Below, in pieces: positions 21,101 to 32,927 of a stretch of 64,000 bases of DNA. The stretch is from Azolla caroliniana (taxonomy: Eukaryota > Plantae > Polypodiophyta): positions 27,652,001 to 27,716,000 of the forward strand of contig JBHGNT010000001.1 in assembly GCA_043228905.1 (NCBI GenBank), read 5' to 3'. The position numbers and the translations under genes are program-made. The notes beneath the pieces were generated by a model. It ran no database searches. It worked only from the letters and a program-made list of their open reading frames with translations, and was not told the origin of the DNA. How positions within the stretch are numbered: position 1 is the stretch's first letter; each line of letters opens with the position of its first letter.

Positions 21101-23070
21101 AGGCGGTCTCTTTTGACGACACCTTGGGTGAATTATGAAAGGTGGTCGGTGAAGGCCTTAGCGAAGACCGGACCGTTTCGGTTAGCTCGATGGGAATGTA
21201 CGAAGTCATCGCGGACTTCGGGGAGAGGATCTGGTCGGATCAAATGGCCCGCGTGGATACGAAGTATAAGACTGTGGACCGGAAGGTGAGGTTAGTTGTG
21301 GCACCCTTGCCGGAGGGCAGCGGAGAGCAGATAAAAGGGGTCGTGTTGGACCCAAGTTTACGGAATCCAACCGGCATAGGACACCGGTTCACCAACATAA
21401 TGCTATGAGAGCTCAAGGTTGGTGGGGGTGGCTTTGTATTGCCAGAAGAGGAGGACCGGTTTCGGAGGATGCTCGGAAGGCACGGGAAGGCCTTTGCATT
21501 CTCGCCGGAGGAGATCGAGTGTGTAGACCCGACAATCGTCGAGCCAATGGTGATCTTCACGGTACCGCATGTGCCGTGGAATCTCAAATCGATTCCGGTA
21601 CCCAGAGCTCACATCCCGAAGCTGATGGAGCTGCTGAAGTAGAAGGTGGAAATGGGCATCCTCGAACCGTTGAGTGCCCCATACTCGAAGCGGTGGTTCA
21701 CGGTGCCATAGAAGAACGACACGTTGCGCTTCATACAAGACCTGCAACCAGTCAACAAGGTGATCATCCGTAACGCAAGAATCGGGCCGACCATAGATGA
21801 GTTCGCGGAGGCCTTCACCGGAAGGTCGATCTATTCGGTCGGTGACTTATACTCGGGGTATGACCAGTTCCAACTAGCCGTAGAGAGCAGGGACATCACG
21901 ACAATGCGGACTCCTCTCGGCTTGGTGTGGATGTGTACCCTACCGCAAGGAGGAACGAATTTGGTGGTGCACATGGTGAACGCAATGAACAAGGTGCTGA
22001 GGGACTACATCCTGGACATCACTATGTCGTTCCTAGACGACGTATCGATAAAAGGGTGTTTGGTGGAGGATGCAGACGAAACGGTCGGGCCGGACGGATG
22101 CCGGAGGTTCGTCGTGAACCACATCAATGACTACGATAAGGTTCTGCAGAGGCTCAAGAGCGCGCGACTCACCTTCTCTGGAGAGAAATCAGCGTTCGGG
22201 CAAAACAGAGATCCTGGTAGTCGGACACCTGTGCGGGCCCTATGGCCGGAAACCATCCCCAGCAAAGGTAGAAGCCATCTCTGTGATGAAGGACGATTGC
22301 GGGTCGGTTACGGAGGTCCGCAGATTCTTGGGTGCGTGCGTGTTCTACCACATCTGGATTCCGCACTACACACATGTCGCGGAACTGCTCTACGGGCTAT
22401 TGAAGAAAGAGCGTATGTTCAAGTGGAGGACGGAGCACACAAAGTCGGTCCGGAGACTGAAGGAGGCACTTGCTGCGGCACCGGCTCTTTGGAAAGCGGT
22501 TTACGGCAAGGAAGTCCCCATCTATGTGACGGTGGACACGAGTCCGACCAAGATCGGGTGGGTGATCAATCAGGAGGACAAAGACGGCGTATGGTTCCTG
22601 ATCCGGTTCGGGGCGAAGGTATTGAGCGAGCGACAACGAGGATACGCCCAAGTTAAGCGTGAGCTGTGGGGTATCGTTTCGGCAGTTAAGGCCGACAAAG
22701 ACTATCTGATCGGGACAGAAGTAATCATTGAGACGGATTGCCTACCGATTCTCGGTATGGTTTTCGAAGGCGCGACGCCGGACCTGGCAATGCTCCGGTG
22801 GATAGCGTACGTCAAGCCCCTGAATCCGGAAATACGACATATTTCCGGAAAGGACAATGCCATGGCCAACATGCTTTCGAGGGCGCGGTTCAGCGACGAG
22901 GACGACATGGTTTCGGAAGACGAAGAAGTCGGCGAGGACTTATTCGGATCAACTAGCGTGACAACAAGAAAGGGGAGCACTCCGGCACTAAACGAATTCG
23001 ACAAGAGCGAATACGACGGAGAGTGGCTCTGAATTGGGAGGTTCTTACGGACGATGATGCCGGACGCGAT
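18135..23070 (+). mobile_element. Trp-primed gypsy element, decayed and 3'-truncated before the integrase core
   Basis: 5' LTR 18135-18781 preceded by ACGT; PBS TGGTGAACCCGACATGAA at 18786; gag-PR-RT-RH remnants with many stops; homology ends ~23070. Confidence 0.88.
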
Positions 23071-23074
23071 CGGT

Positions 23075-24279
23075 GAATTTCTTCTCTATGAAACTGAAAG
23101 CGGGTATTGTTTTAGCGCCCCATTGAAATCTGAGAGCCAAGAACGATGGATAGTATTCACATCGGGGCCACATGGGCATAACCCCCGTTGGCCGCTATCG
23201 CCGCTACTACCGCCATCCGCTAGAATCGAAACGGAAGCAAATGTTTCGTAGCCCTATATTGATATATGTCCTTATGTGGTTCCTAGAAAAAAGAAAGTCA
23301 AGCAAGATACCGATGATGTCGAAGGAAGGGGAAAAGAAGGAAGGTTGATTCAAGTAGAAAGAGAGAAAATAATCAACAAGGGAGTAGATTTCTAGAATGA
23401 AGTAGAGAAGATTTAGAAAAGTGACAAAGAGGAATAAAGAAAAAGAGAGAAGAAGAAGAGAAAAAAAGGGGCAATTGACAGAATTTAAAAAATGACAAGG
23501 GCAGAGAAGACGGAATTTCAAAACCTCGAGGGTAGAGAGGAGAATTTCGAAAACGCAAGGGTAAAAAATAAAAAATTGAGGGTAATTTTTTTTTTAAAAA
23601 CGAAAATTTCTAAAACCAAGGGGTACAAATCATGAAATTTCGAAAACACAACTCACATGATGAAAGAACGACACGATTTCACAACCCATGCCACATGAAC
23701 TAGCCGATTGGTGTATGATCCAATCACAACTTATGCTAACTGAACGAGAAGGTTTGAGTCAAGCTAAGCTCCGATCAAAGTTATCAATCGTAGAGCAGTG
23801 ATCCGGTCGAGGGATTTCCGACCGTTGAGATGACCGATTGAGTTCCGGTCGAGAAGAGTTGCCATGGCGAGTGGGTTCACCATGCAATGCATTGTCCCAC
23901 ATGCATGCCATGTGTTACCCGTAAGAATATACAGGGAGGCATAAGGGTATGTGTAATGATGTGGTTGATGTGTATGTATAATATGACTGAGTGTGTGAGG
24001 ATGAGTATGTGTATGTGTATGAACACATGCACATTTGTGTGCATGTGTACAAAGGTGAGAAAGTGGGTAAGTAATGTAACTCCCTACTTGTCTCATTCTT
24101 TATTTGTAACGGTTACCTCTTGTACTATATAAACCCACCCATGGGGCATAATGGAACATAGTTTTTTCCCTCTCATTTTGTGTTTGTCTCAATGTTTCTC
24201 TTTCCTTCTCTTTCCTCACATGTAACCCCCTTGGGAGGGGGGTGGAGCTATTCTAGGCTTCACCCCCCACCCATCAACA
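23075..24279. other. Unassigned repeat-like segment, possibly an LTR fragment of another family
   Basis: Purine tract, CATGCA cluster, TATATAAA at ~24126, terminal hairpin at 24237-24268, ends in CAACA; no matching start or TSD found. Confidence 0.3.
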
Positions 24280-24293
24280 GTCGTGGGTTCCGT

Positions 24294-25413
24294 TGTCGTG
24301 AAGATTTTCGGCAACGGTGTGAAAATTGCATGGAATGTAAAAAATCAAGTGTGGTTCTTCACACACAATATGAAACAATAATAGTGAAGATACTATTTTA
24401 TATTAGTTTAATATCTTGGTACGAAAAGATGGATGTCGTCAAGAGCTTCCGAATGCACTTTACTACATTTGAAATGGACAACTAAATGTCAAGTTATGTG
24501 AGTGTGAAGTTTGAGAAAAAGAAGAGAAAAACAAAACTATGAGATAGGACAAATCAAGATCCCACAGTATATAAGCAGAGCCAGAACTTATTGCTTTTTG
24601 TCTATGTGTGGAGCACAAAATGTTCTTGGGCTAAACTATTCGGATGGATGGATGTGGCTTAACTACGCGTAATGGTTTTGGAGAACCGGGACTAGGACTA
24701 GACGGACGACGACGGAACCGGAACAGACCGGACCAGACGGAATGCGGATCGAACCGGTAGGGACTGTACAGACGGATTGGTCGGGTCAGTCGGATAGGTT
24801 GATCGCACGGTGTCTTGAAGATTTCGGTGTGAAACGAACAATAAATAAATAAATCGTCTATAGGTTCCGTCAGCTCATTAGAGGTCGACTGAAGGTGTAA
24901 TATGCAGTTAAACATTTGTAAAATACAACAGAAAAACCTAGTAATATTTTGTGCATTGAAAGGGATGCAAGCAAGGCTTGAACCTTGCACATCCAAGAAA
25001 AGAGGCAATAAACTTACCACTAAGCCAAGTTATTTCTTTAAATTATATTTTTGTCATTATACTTCTCATACATGAGAGCTTGAATGAGTGACATGGTTAT
25101 CATGCAACACATGCAATGCGTGAGTGCCAAATGGCAAACATGCATCACATGCATGTCTTGCACCCTCACATGCATCATATGCATGGGGGTATCTATAAAA
25201 GAGTGGATGAAAAAGAAAAATGGAGCTATGTATTATCAAAGAATTTAATAATAATAAAAAGAAAATTTGTTATCCAATTGGTGATGTATTAATCTTCTTT
25301 CTCTCTCTCTCTCCATGTCAATCTTTCTCTCCTCATATCAATCTCTCTCAATCCATCTAGGACCCCGGTGGTTCCGCCTCACAATCCACACATAGTGACG
25401 GATTTTCACGACA
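24294..25413 (+). mobile_element. Solo LTR (1120 bp), family S1, diverged variant
   Basis: TGTCGTGAAGATTTTCGG..GATTTTCACGACA termini; TSD CCGT/CTGT; TATA at ~25194; U5 motif GGTTCCGCCTC. Confidence 0.85.
24974..25027 (-). promoter_or_regulatory. tRNA-like Pol III A/B-box cassette inside a solo LTR
   Basis: Minus strand TGGCTTAGTGG ... GGTTCAAGCCT; starts 43 nt apart. Confidence 0.6.
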
Positions 25414-25924
25414 CTGTGGGGGTGGAATTTTCGATCGGTGCAGCTGTATCCTTTACCAATCCGCGACCATCCTTACGATCTAGTCTTTGGAGCTTAGGCT
25501 TGGAACTGCCACGGTTCGGCTGTTGTTCCTTCTATTAGACTATGTTTTGTGCTTCCTTGGAATCAACGCGATTGTCCTACTGCGTTGCTTGTCGCGGTCC
25601 TTCTTTAGTGGTGGAAAGGTTCGGCTCTTTCTCCCATTCCGTTGTCGCGAACTTTCGCGCGCGCGTGTTAGTTGGGCGGGACCACGGGGGTCTCGGACTA
25701 GGGAGTACTCAAGGGATAGAGAAGACCCGAGGTTTGCTTTATGACAATACTACTTCCCCACCCCTTCCTGAGCAAGGTCTCGTTCCCCTTTTGTTTTGTG
25801 AGGCCGGTGGCTCTCGTTGATCACGACTCGTCGACCTTCCGAGATCACCTTACGATCCAAGTGACCAAACGAGTACAAGCAAGATGAGCACGCAACATGA
25901 ACACACAAGGGGACGATAACACAG

Positions 25925-26549
25925 ACACGAATGTCCGTACGACTTTATGAGGAGGAGAGGTGCATGGGCGCGCCTGAACGCTCCCTCGTGACAAGACGTC
26001 GAACGTACGAGGAAGACACAAAACACACGCACAAAATGCTCATATGCCTTTATGAGGAGGAGAGGTGCATGGGCAAGCCCGAACGGTCCCCTCGTCACAA
26101 GACGGTCGAACGTACAAGGAAGACACGAACACACACACAAATGCTCGTACGTCTTTATGAGGAGGAGAGGTGCATGGGCAAGCCCGAATGGTCCCCTCGT
26201 CACAAGACGGCCGAACGTACAAGGAAGACACGAACACACGAACAAATGCTCGTACGCCTTTATGAGGAGGAGAGGTGCATGGGCAAGCCCGAACGGTCCC
26301 CTCGTCACAAGATGGTCGAATGTACAGGGAAGACACAAACACACGCACAAAATGCTCGTACGCCTTTATGAGGAGGAGAGGTGCATGGGCAAGCCCGAAC
26401 GGTCCCCTCGTCACAAGACGGCCGAACGTACAAGGAAGACACAAACACACATACAAATGCTCGTACGCCTTTATGAGGAGGAGAGGTGCATGGGCAAGCC
26501 CGAACGGTCCCCTCGTCACAAGACGGCCGAATGTACAAGAAAGACACGA
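25925..26549. repeat. Tandem array of about six 105-bp units
   Basis: TTTATGAGGAGGAGAGG recurs at 25944, 26049, 26154, 26259, 26365 and 26470. Confidence 0.95.
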
Positions 26550-27097
26550 ATAAAGAAAGAAGGAGAGAAAGTAACACGAACAATATTGACCAAAGAGTTA
26601 AATACGTGTTTGATTCTAATGCAAGAGGACCCTTTATAAAATAGGGTTTTGTTTACAATGGCAAGTTATAGTTAACCACAAGCTCAATCAAAACATAAAT
26701 ATTAAATGCCCTTAGAGATAAGGCAAAACCGAACACGGCGAAGACGAACACACGAGCACCACCAAAATGCCAATCCCAACGAACCACGACCACCCGAACG
26801 GCAAGCACACGGGCTCGCAAAGACGAACGGGGCGGAGCAACGTCGAACCAACGAAGCTTGGGCTCACGAGCACGTGGCGATGGGGGGATGAAGGGGTATG
26901 AGATGAAGAAAAGTGGTGAATAAGGAGATGAAGAGCTTCGAAGGAAAATTGGCGATAGTCTCCTCCTCCCAAAACGTCCTTCCAAATGAGCCCCCCCTCG
27001 ACCTCCTTTTATAGGAAAAAAAAGAAGGGAGGGTCGCCAAATTTGTCTTCAATGAAAAAGGACTAAAATTCCTTAAATCACGTTGCATTGTAAGACT

Positions 27098-27151
27098 AGA
27101 TTCAAACCGTGCACCTCTAGCTAGTATTCAATGTGACTATCCACTAACCTA
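27098..27151 (-). promoter_or_regulatory. Degenerate tRNA-like A/B-box cassette in solo LTR S2
   Basis: Minus strand TAGGTTAGTGG ... GAGGTGCAC-GGTTTGAATCT; starts 43 nt apart. Confidence 0.5.
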
Positions 27152-28337
27152 CTAACTCTTTCTTATATAATATGTAAGTCTATCTCTATAAATTTATAGC
27201 CTGTCTCCCCTCTACCCTTTATCTCACCTCTCTCTTACTTTTTGCACGAGCTTGTATACCTCCCTTTTACCCTTTCTTTTCCTTTTTTATTTTGCATATG
27301 CACAATTAATCGCTTTTGTGTGCACACACATTGCACATGCACATTTTTGACCCCCTTTTCGCCGTTTTTTCCCACCCTCGAGCACGCCACATCACGACAC
27401 CGTCGTTGCGAGATCCGCCAATCTTCGTTTCGTAGACCGTGGTGGAGGCGTAGGTCTACTCGTGTCCGGGGCGGGGAGACCTCAAGGTGGGAATAGTACA
27501 GTTAAGTATTGTTGTATTACCAACCGTAGCTTCTTCCCGGTGTCGTGAAGAATTTCGGCCAGAGGCGGAAACCGGGAAACATTGGCTACATCGGCGGGGT
27601 GCAGCGTGTGTACGCACCCATGTACATTTAGTGTGAATATCGAGGGCGCCTTTATGGCACCGAAGAGTAGTCAAGTCGGGGCAAACGATCCCATGTAAGG
27701 CGGGATTTGTCCCACATTGTAACGCATCCCTTTCCTTGTTCTATAAAAGTAAGGGAACACCCTTTATGAAGGGGTTGCCCATTTTGCATTAGAGGGTATA
27801 CCGTTAGGTTTAGAGTTAGCTTCTTCTTCTTCTTCTCCTTCGTGTTCGCTTAGGGTTTGATGCAACTCATCTCCTGTGCAAGACCCCGCTCGGTGCGACG
27901 AGCCCGAGAGCTCCCCGACGGCGGCTTGACAGTAGACGACTGTTGTAAGCTATCTTGGTCCGGCTCGAAGCCGAGAATGTATTCTTCTTCTATATATATA
28001 TATATATATACACGTTCGTGTCTGTCTGTGTATGTTCGTGTCTCGGTTGGTGTCAGGTGCTTCCCCTTTCCTACGTTTCCTGTACATAAGGGCGTGAGTC
28101 GGGCCGGCATGTGCGTGTGTGTGCGTGAGTCGGTGTTAAGCGCGCGCTCCCTCTCTTTCTCTCTCTCCCTTCGGTCGCTTTCGGTGTTCTTCTGGGATTC
28201 CCTGGAAACGGTGAAGCACGACTTCCTACGCACCGTCACTCCCTGGTCCAAGACCCCCGTGGTCCCGCCTTTCTCCACGCACGCGCGTAACAACGCGACA
28301 TATTTGGTGAACCCGACGTGAAAGGCGGCAAGGGAGG

Positions 28338-29247
28338 ATGGAGTCGGAAGACGACGACCTTGCGGAGATGGTGGCCGAAGTGGTGTTGGAGTCGGCACGA
28401 GTGGTGATGAGGCGAGAAGCAGCGCAACAAGCGGTTGAGCGAGTGGTCGAAAGAGTCGGCCGTTTCAACGGGGACAAAGTCCCATCTTACTTGGAAGCCT
28501 ACAACGCGGAAATGGAGGAGCGTGGCGTAGACAAGGCGTTGAGGCTGGAGTTCTTCTGCCGGGTCGTAGCTGTCCGGATGCATGCGGAAGTAAAGGAGAT
28601 CCGTGAGGCTCATAGTTCGTGGGAGGCCTTCGAAGAGGCGCTCCTAAAGGCATACGGAGGACGGCGGAAGAGCCGGGGACGGCACAACCTTCGACCAGTG
28701 GGTAGCATCGGCAAAGACCCACCGGGGCGCGACGAAGGCGTTCCGAGAGTTCGTGCGACGGCTTGCCCGACTCCCAGAGCGGGAACAAGGTTTGGTGGGG
28801 GCGGACAAAGTCCTTTTATTCGTCAGGTCGATCGACCGAGCGGAACGGGAAGCCATCGGGATTGAGCTTGAAGACGATGACGGAGCGAATGGGCTTACGG
28901 AGGACTGGTCGAAGGTCGGAAGGGTGTGCCAACGGCTAGACAACGAGCGAGCCGAGAAGGCTAAGAGGAAGGTACGCGACGGCGTGCCATCACAGCGGGA
29001 AGAGGCCGAACGGCAGAGAGAGTCGGCAAGGGTCGGCGTTGGGGCCAGGATTGCGGAGGCGTACGCAGCTCTCGAGGCGATGCTCGAGGAAGAGGAAAGA
29101 CGGAGGCCGCAAGCCGAGACTGAGAAGACGTACTTGCCCCACGCGACGGCGGAAGATCGGTACGACGGTACCATGGGAGATGGTGCGGAACGAAATGCCC
29201 TCTCGACTTGCGGAGACAGAATGGCCAAGGACGAGGCCGAGATATAG
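28338..29247 (+). pseudogene. gag: Frameshifted Gag N-terminal/capsid-like region
   Basis: DLAEMVA..VGRFNG..YLEAY and KVLLFVRSID..GLTEDWSKVGRVC align with the Gag at 61845-63971. Confidence 0.8.
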
Positions 29248-32129
29248 ATCACAGAACCGGAACGTTGGGACCAGCGGTTTCGGGCATGTCAGCCCGAGAT
29301 CTCGGTCATGGGAGAAGCAAGCCCAGACGGGGCTTGCGCGATCGGTAAGAAGACGACCGCCGACCACGAAGAGTCAGTGGCTACGGACAAGGGCGTAAAA
29401 CGGACGGGCGATTCTTTGTGTCTTCCCACACTTGCTCCCGGGACGATGGCAGTCGGGCCCGAGTGCCCACGTGAGTCCCAAGCGGAGGAAGGTGGCGGCG
29501 AAAGGCCGAGAATCACCGGCGAGACGATACAGGGAAGGAATGGACGAAAGCCCACGGACCCGATTCCGGAGAACTCGGCATTCGGGTCTGTATGCCCATG
29601 TAAGACCGAGGAGATGGATAGTGGTACTGAGGAGTCCTGGCGCAATGCCAACGAAGTCGGATGGGAAACGGCCTGCGAGGAAGCCGAGGACGGACGCGGC
29701 ACGAGGGGATCGGCATTCCGATACGGGTGGAGCGTGATCCGGTCGTGGAAGTGCCGATACGGAAGGGGGTGCGGGACGAGCCGCCCTCTTTTACATGGGG
29801 AGAAAGACCGACCGGGCGAAGGTCGAGAGTTGGAAAGAGAATGAAAGCCGGTCCTATGGGATTCCCTACACCGATTCAGCTGCAGGCCCGAGTGCCGGCG
29901 TGAGTCCGACAAGAGAGTCGGTTGTGACAGGAGAACGGGACTCAGCAATCCGAAGGAAGGACGAACGGACCCGAGCGAGAACCGGGCGGAGCGGACTCCC
30001 GGATGACCATTCCGGGGGGGGAGGAAGAGAGCTGGCCTACGAAGAGGCTGAGGACACGGTACGTCGGTACCACGGGAGAGGGTGCGGAGTAAACCGCCCT
30101 CTCGGCATGCGGAAAAGGACGACCCGGGACAGGGTCGGGAAGATGAATGGGCGGTCTATGGAGGATCCTTCACACCGGTTCTAGAGACTTCGGCAGTCGG
30201 CAACGCGGTCGACGTAAGACCAAGATACTGACGGTGGCGGCGAGGTGACGAAGACAAAAAGGAGCTAAGGACGGGCGGTCTACGGAGGATCCTTCACACC
30301 GGTTCTAGAGACTTCGGCAGTCGGCAACGTGGTCGACGTAAGACCAAGATACTGACGGTGGCGGCGAGGTGACGAAGGCAATGGGCGTAAGGAAGTCCGG
30401 TCCTACGGGATCCCCACACTTAACCGGAGACACCGGCTGTTCGGCCAACAGGGCAACGTAAGACCGAGGGAGAAGGAAGGTGGCGGTGGGAAACGGGACC
30501 CGACTACGCGGAAGACACGAGGAGAGTCCGAGAGGGACTCAAACAAAGACACCCGAATTTCTGCAAGCATAGAAACGGAGTCCGGTCCTATGAGACCCTC
30601 ACACCGATCCGGAGACCCCGACTGTTCGGCCAACGTGGCAACGTAAGACCGAGGGAGAAGGACGGTGGCGGTAGGGAACAGGACCCGACGACACGAGGTT
30701 TCGTAAGGAGCCGGTAACGGCAAAACACGGGGAGGTGTGTCGGGCCGGAAAGGCACACCTGGGACAGAACAAGAGTCTCACAAGTGGCCATCGCGGGCCG
30801 GATCGAAGCATGACTACGGGACGGTGTTCGGCGCGGGCAGGGCCGAACGAAGGAAGCGGAAGACGGCACAAGGGAGGTGCCGGGAACGAGGTGACAAGTG
30901 CCTAGTGGACTGCACAGGGTCGGAGTCAGGGAATGGCAAGAGAGGCTGGAGGAGGATCTTCCACACTCGCTTCGTAGATCTCGGTAGCTCCGTCGAAGTA
31001 GCGAAGACTGACACGGCAAGCCGAGATGACAAGCTGGTGGGGGCGAGGGGACGACGGCAAGCGGAAGACTCAGGACCTATCGTGGCAGCACGAAGACGGG
31101 AAGGGCCATGCGGGCTACTACGGGGTGTTCCTCGGACGCAAAGGACGCCGGTATGCGGGTGAGTGGCGAAGCACGATCTGGCCGGAAGAGGGGCCGACGA
31201 GGAGTGCAACACAGGCAGTGCCAAACAACGGACGAGGGTATGTGGCACACGGAGGTGCCGGAGCGGAAAGGCGAGCGCGGAAATAGGTTGCGCGGAGAAG
31301 GCCGGAAAGGGATCCTCCACACCGTTCCGGAGACCATGGCGGTTCGAGCCAACGCGACGATGTAAGACCATGGAGAAGGAAGGTGGCGGCGAGAGGACGA
31401 GGGCAACGCGAAACGACATGGGACGACAATCAGGACGACGCGAATGATCAACGGAGGCCAAGCGGGCCACTACGGGCATGCCTCAAGCGGAGGACATCGG
31501 GCATACGACGGGAGCGGGGCGTTCATACGGCCAAACAAGGGCCAGCGAAAGTACGCGTACTACGGAGATCGTGGCAGAGGACCCGTCGACGGGTCGAACG
31601 AGCCTACGAGGAGGCGAGCGCGAAGGAAGACTCGAAGCCGACGGGTCAAACCGGCAGCGAACCGGGATGCGGATCACGGAAGATCGATTTCTCACCGGCC
31701 GAAATCTCTCACCCTTCAACCGGACTTGGCACATACCAGTGGATGTGCGGTTAGGTGGGGACGGATGTCGTGAAGAATTTCGGCCAGAGGCGGAAACCGG
31801 GAAACATTGGCTACATCGGCGGGGTGCAGCGTGTGTACGCACCCATGTACATTTAGTGTGAATATCGAGGGCGCCTTTATGGCGCCGAAGAGTAGTCAAG
31901 TCGGGGCAGACGATCCCATGTAAGGCGGGATTTGTCCCACATTGTAACGCATCCCTTTCCTTGTTCTATAAAAGTAAGGGAACACCCTTTGTGAAGGGGT
32001 TGCCCATTTTGCATTAGAGGGTATACCGTTAGGTTTAGAGTTAGCTTCTTCTTCTTCTTCTCCTTCGTGTTCACTTAGGGTTTGATGCAGCTCATCTCCT
32101 GTGCAAGACCCCGCTCGGCGCGACGAGCC

Positions 32130-32229
32130 NNNNNNNNNNNNNNNNNNNNNNNNNNNNNNNNNNNNNNNNNNNNNNNNNNNNNNNNNNNNNNNNNNNNNNN
32201 NNNNNNNNNNNNNNNNNNNNNNNNNNNNN
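32130..32229. other. Assembly gap (100 N) with overlapping flanks
   Basis: Sequence ~31906-32129 is repeated at ~32231-32456. Confidence 0.95.
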
Positions 32230-32540
32230 AGGCAGACGATCCCATGTAAGGCGGGATTTGTCCCACATTGTAACGCATCCCTTTCCTTGTTCTATAAAAG
32301 TAAGGGAACACCCTTTGTGAAGGGGTTGCCCATTTTGCATTAGAGGGTATACCGTTAGGTTTAGAGTTAGCTTCTTCTTCTTCTTCTCCTTCGTGTTCAC
32401 TTAGGGTTTGATGCAGCTCATCTCCTGTGCAAGACCCCGCTCGGCGCGACGAGCCCGAGAGCTCCCCGACGACGGCTTGACAGTAGATGACTGTTGTAAG
32501 CTATCTTGGTCCGGCTCGAAGCCGAGAATGTATTCTTCTT

Positions 32541-32557
32541 CTATATATCTATATATA

Positions 32558-32622
<65 letters not shown>
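32541..32622. repeat. (TA)n microsatellite in the 3' LTR
   Basis: About 40 TA units versus about 10 at 27991-28010 in the 5' LTR. Confidence 0.9.
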
Positions 32623-32624
<2 letters not shown>

Positions 32625-32927
32625 GTTCGCGTCTGTCTGTGTATGTTCGTGTCTCGGTTGGTGTCGGGTGCTTCCCCTTTCCTACGTTTCCTATACATAA
32701 GGGCGTGAGTCGGGTCGGCATGTGCGTGTGTGTGTGCGTGTGTGTGCGTGAGTCGGTGTTAAGCGCGCGCTCCCTCTCTTTCTCTCTCCCCCTTCGGTCG
32801 CTTCCGGTGTTCTTCTGGGATTCCCCGGAAACGTTGAAGCACGACTTCCTACGCACCGTCACTCCCTGGTCCAAGACCCCCGTGGTCCCGCCTTTCTCCA
32901 CGCATGCGCGTAACAACGCGACACCGG

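Larger units (their letters stand above)
25643..27399 (-). mobile_element. Solo LTR (1757 bp) with an internal tandem array, family S2
   Basis: TG..CA termini; TSD CCGT at 25639-25642 and 27400-27403; left end resembles the U5 of LTR 34915 (GGCGGGACCAC.GGGGTCT); TATA on the minus strand at ~27007-27013. Confidence 0.78.
27541..32923 (+). mobile_element. Non-autonomous Trp-primed LTR element (gag remnant only, no pol)
   Basis: LTRs at 27541-28300 and 31766-32923 (the latter spans the N gap); TSD CCGG at 27537-27540 and 32924-32927; PBS at 28305-28322; PPT at 31753-31765; no PR, RT, RH or INT motifs seen. Confidence 0.9.

Noticed and set aside
19500-23050. Programmed stop-codon readthrough in the 18135 element
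   Set aside because: The stops correspond to sense codons such as TGG and CAG in the intact copy, consistent with ordinary (largely C-to-T) mutational decay.
25925-26549. CRISPR array or hammerhead-ribozyme (retrozyme) array
   Set aside because: The units are contiguous with no unique spacers, no cas genes are present, and no CUGANGA...GAAA core was seen on either strand. The overlapping ORFs arise because 105 is a multiple of 3.
31906-32456. Tandem duplication within the 3' LTR
   Set aside because: The two copies flank a 100-N gap and the duplication is absent from the 5' LTR, so this is most likely an unmerged contig overlap.
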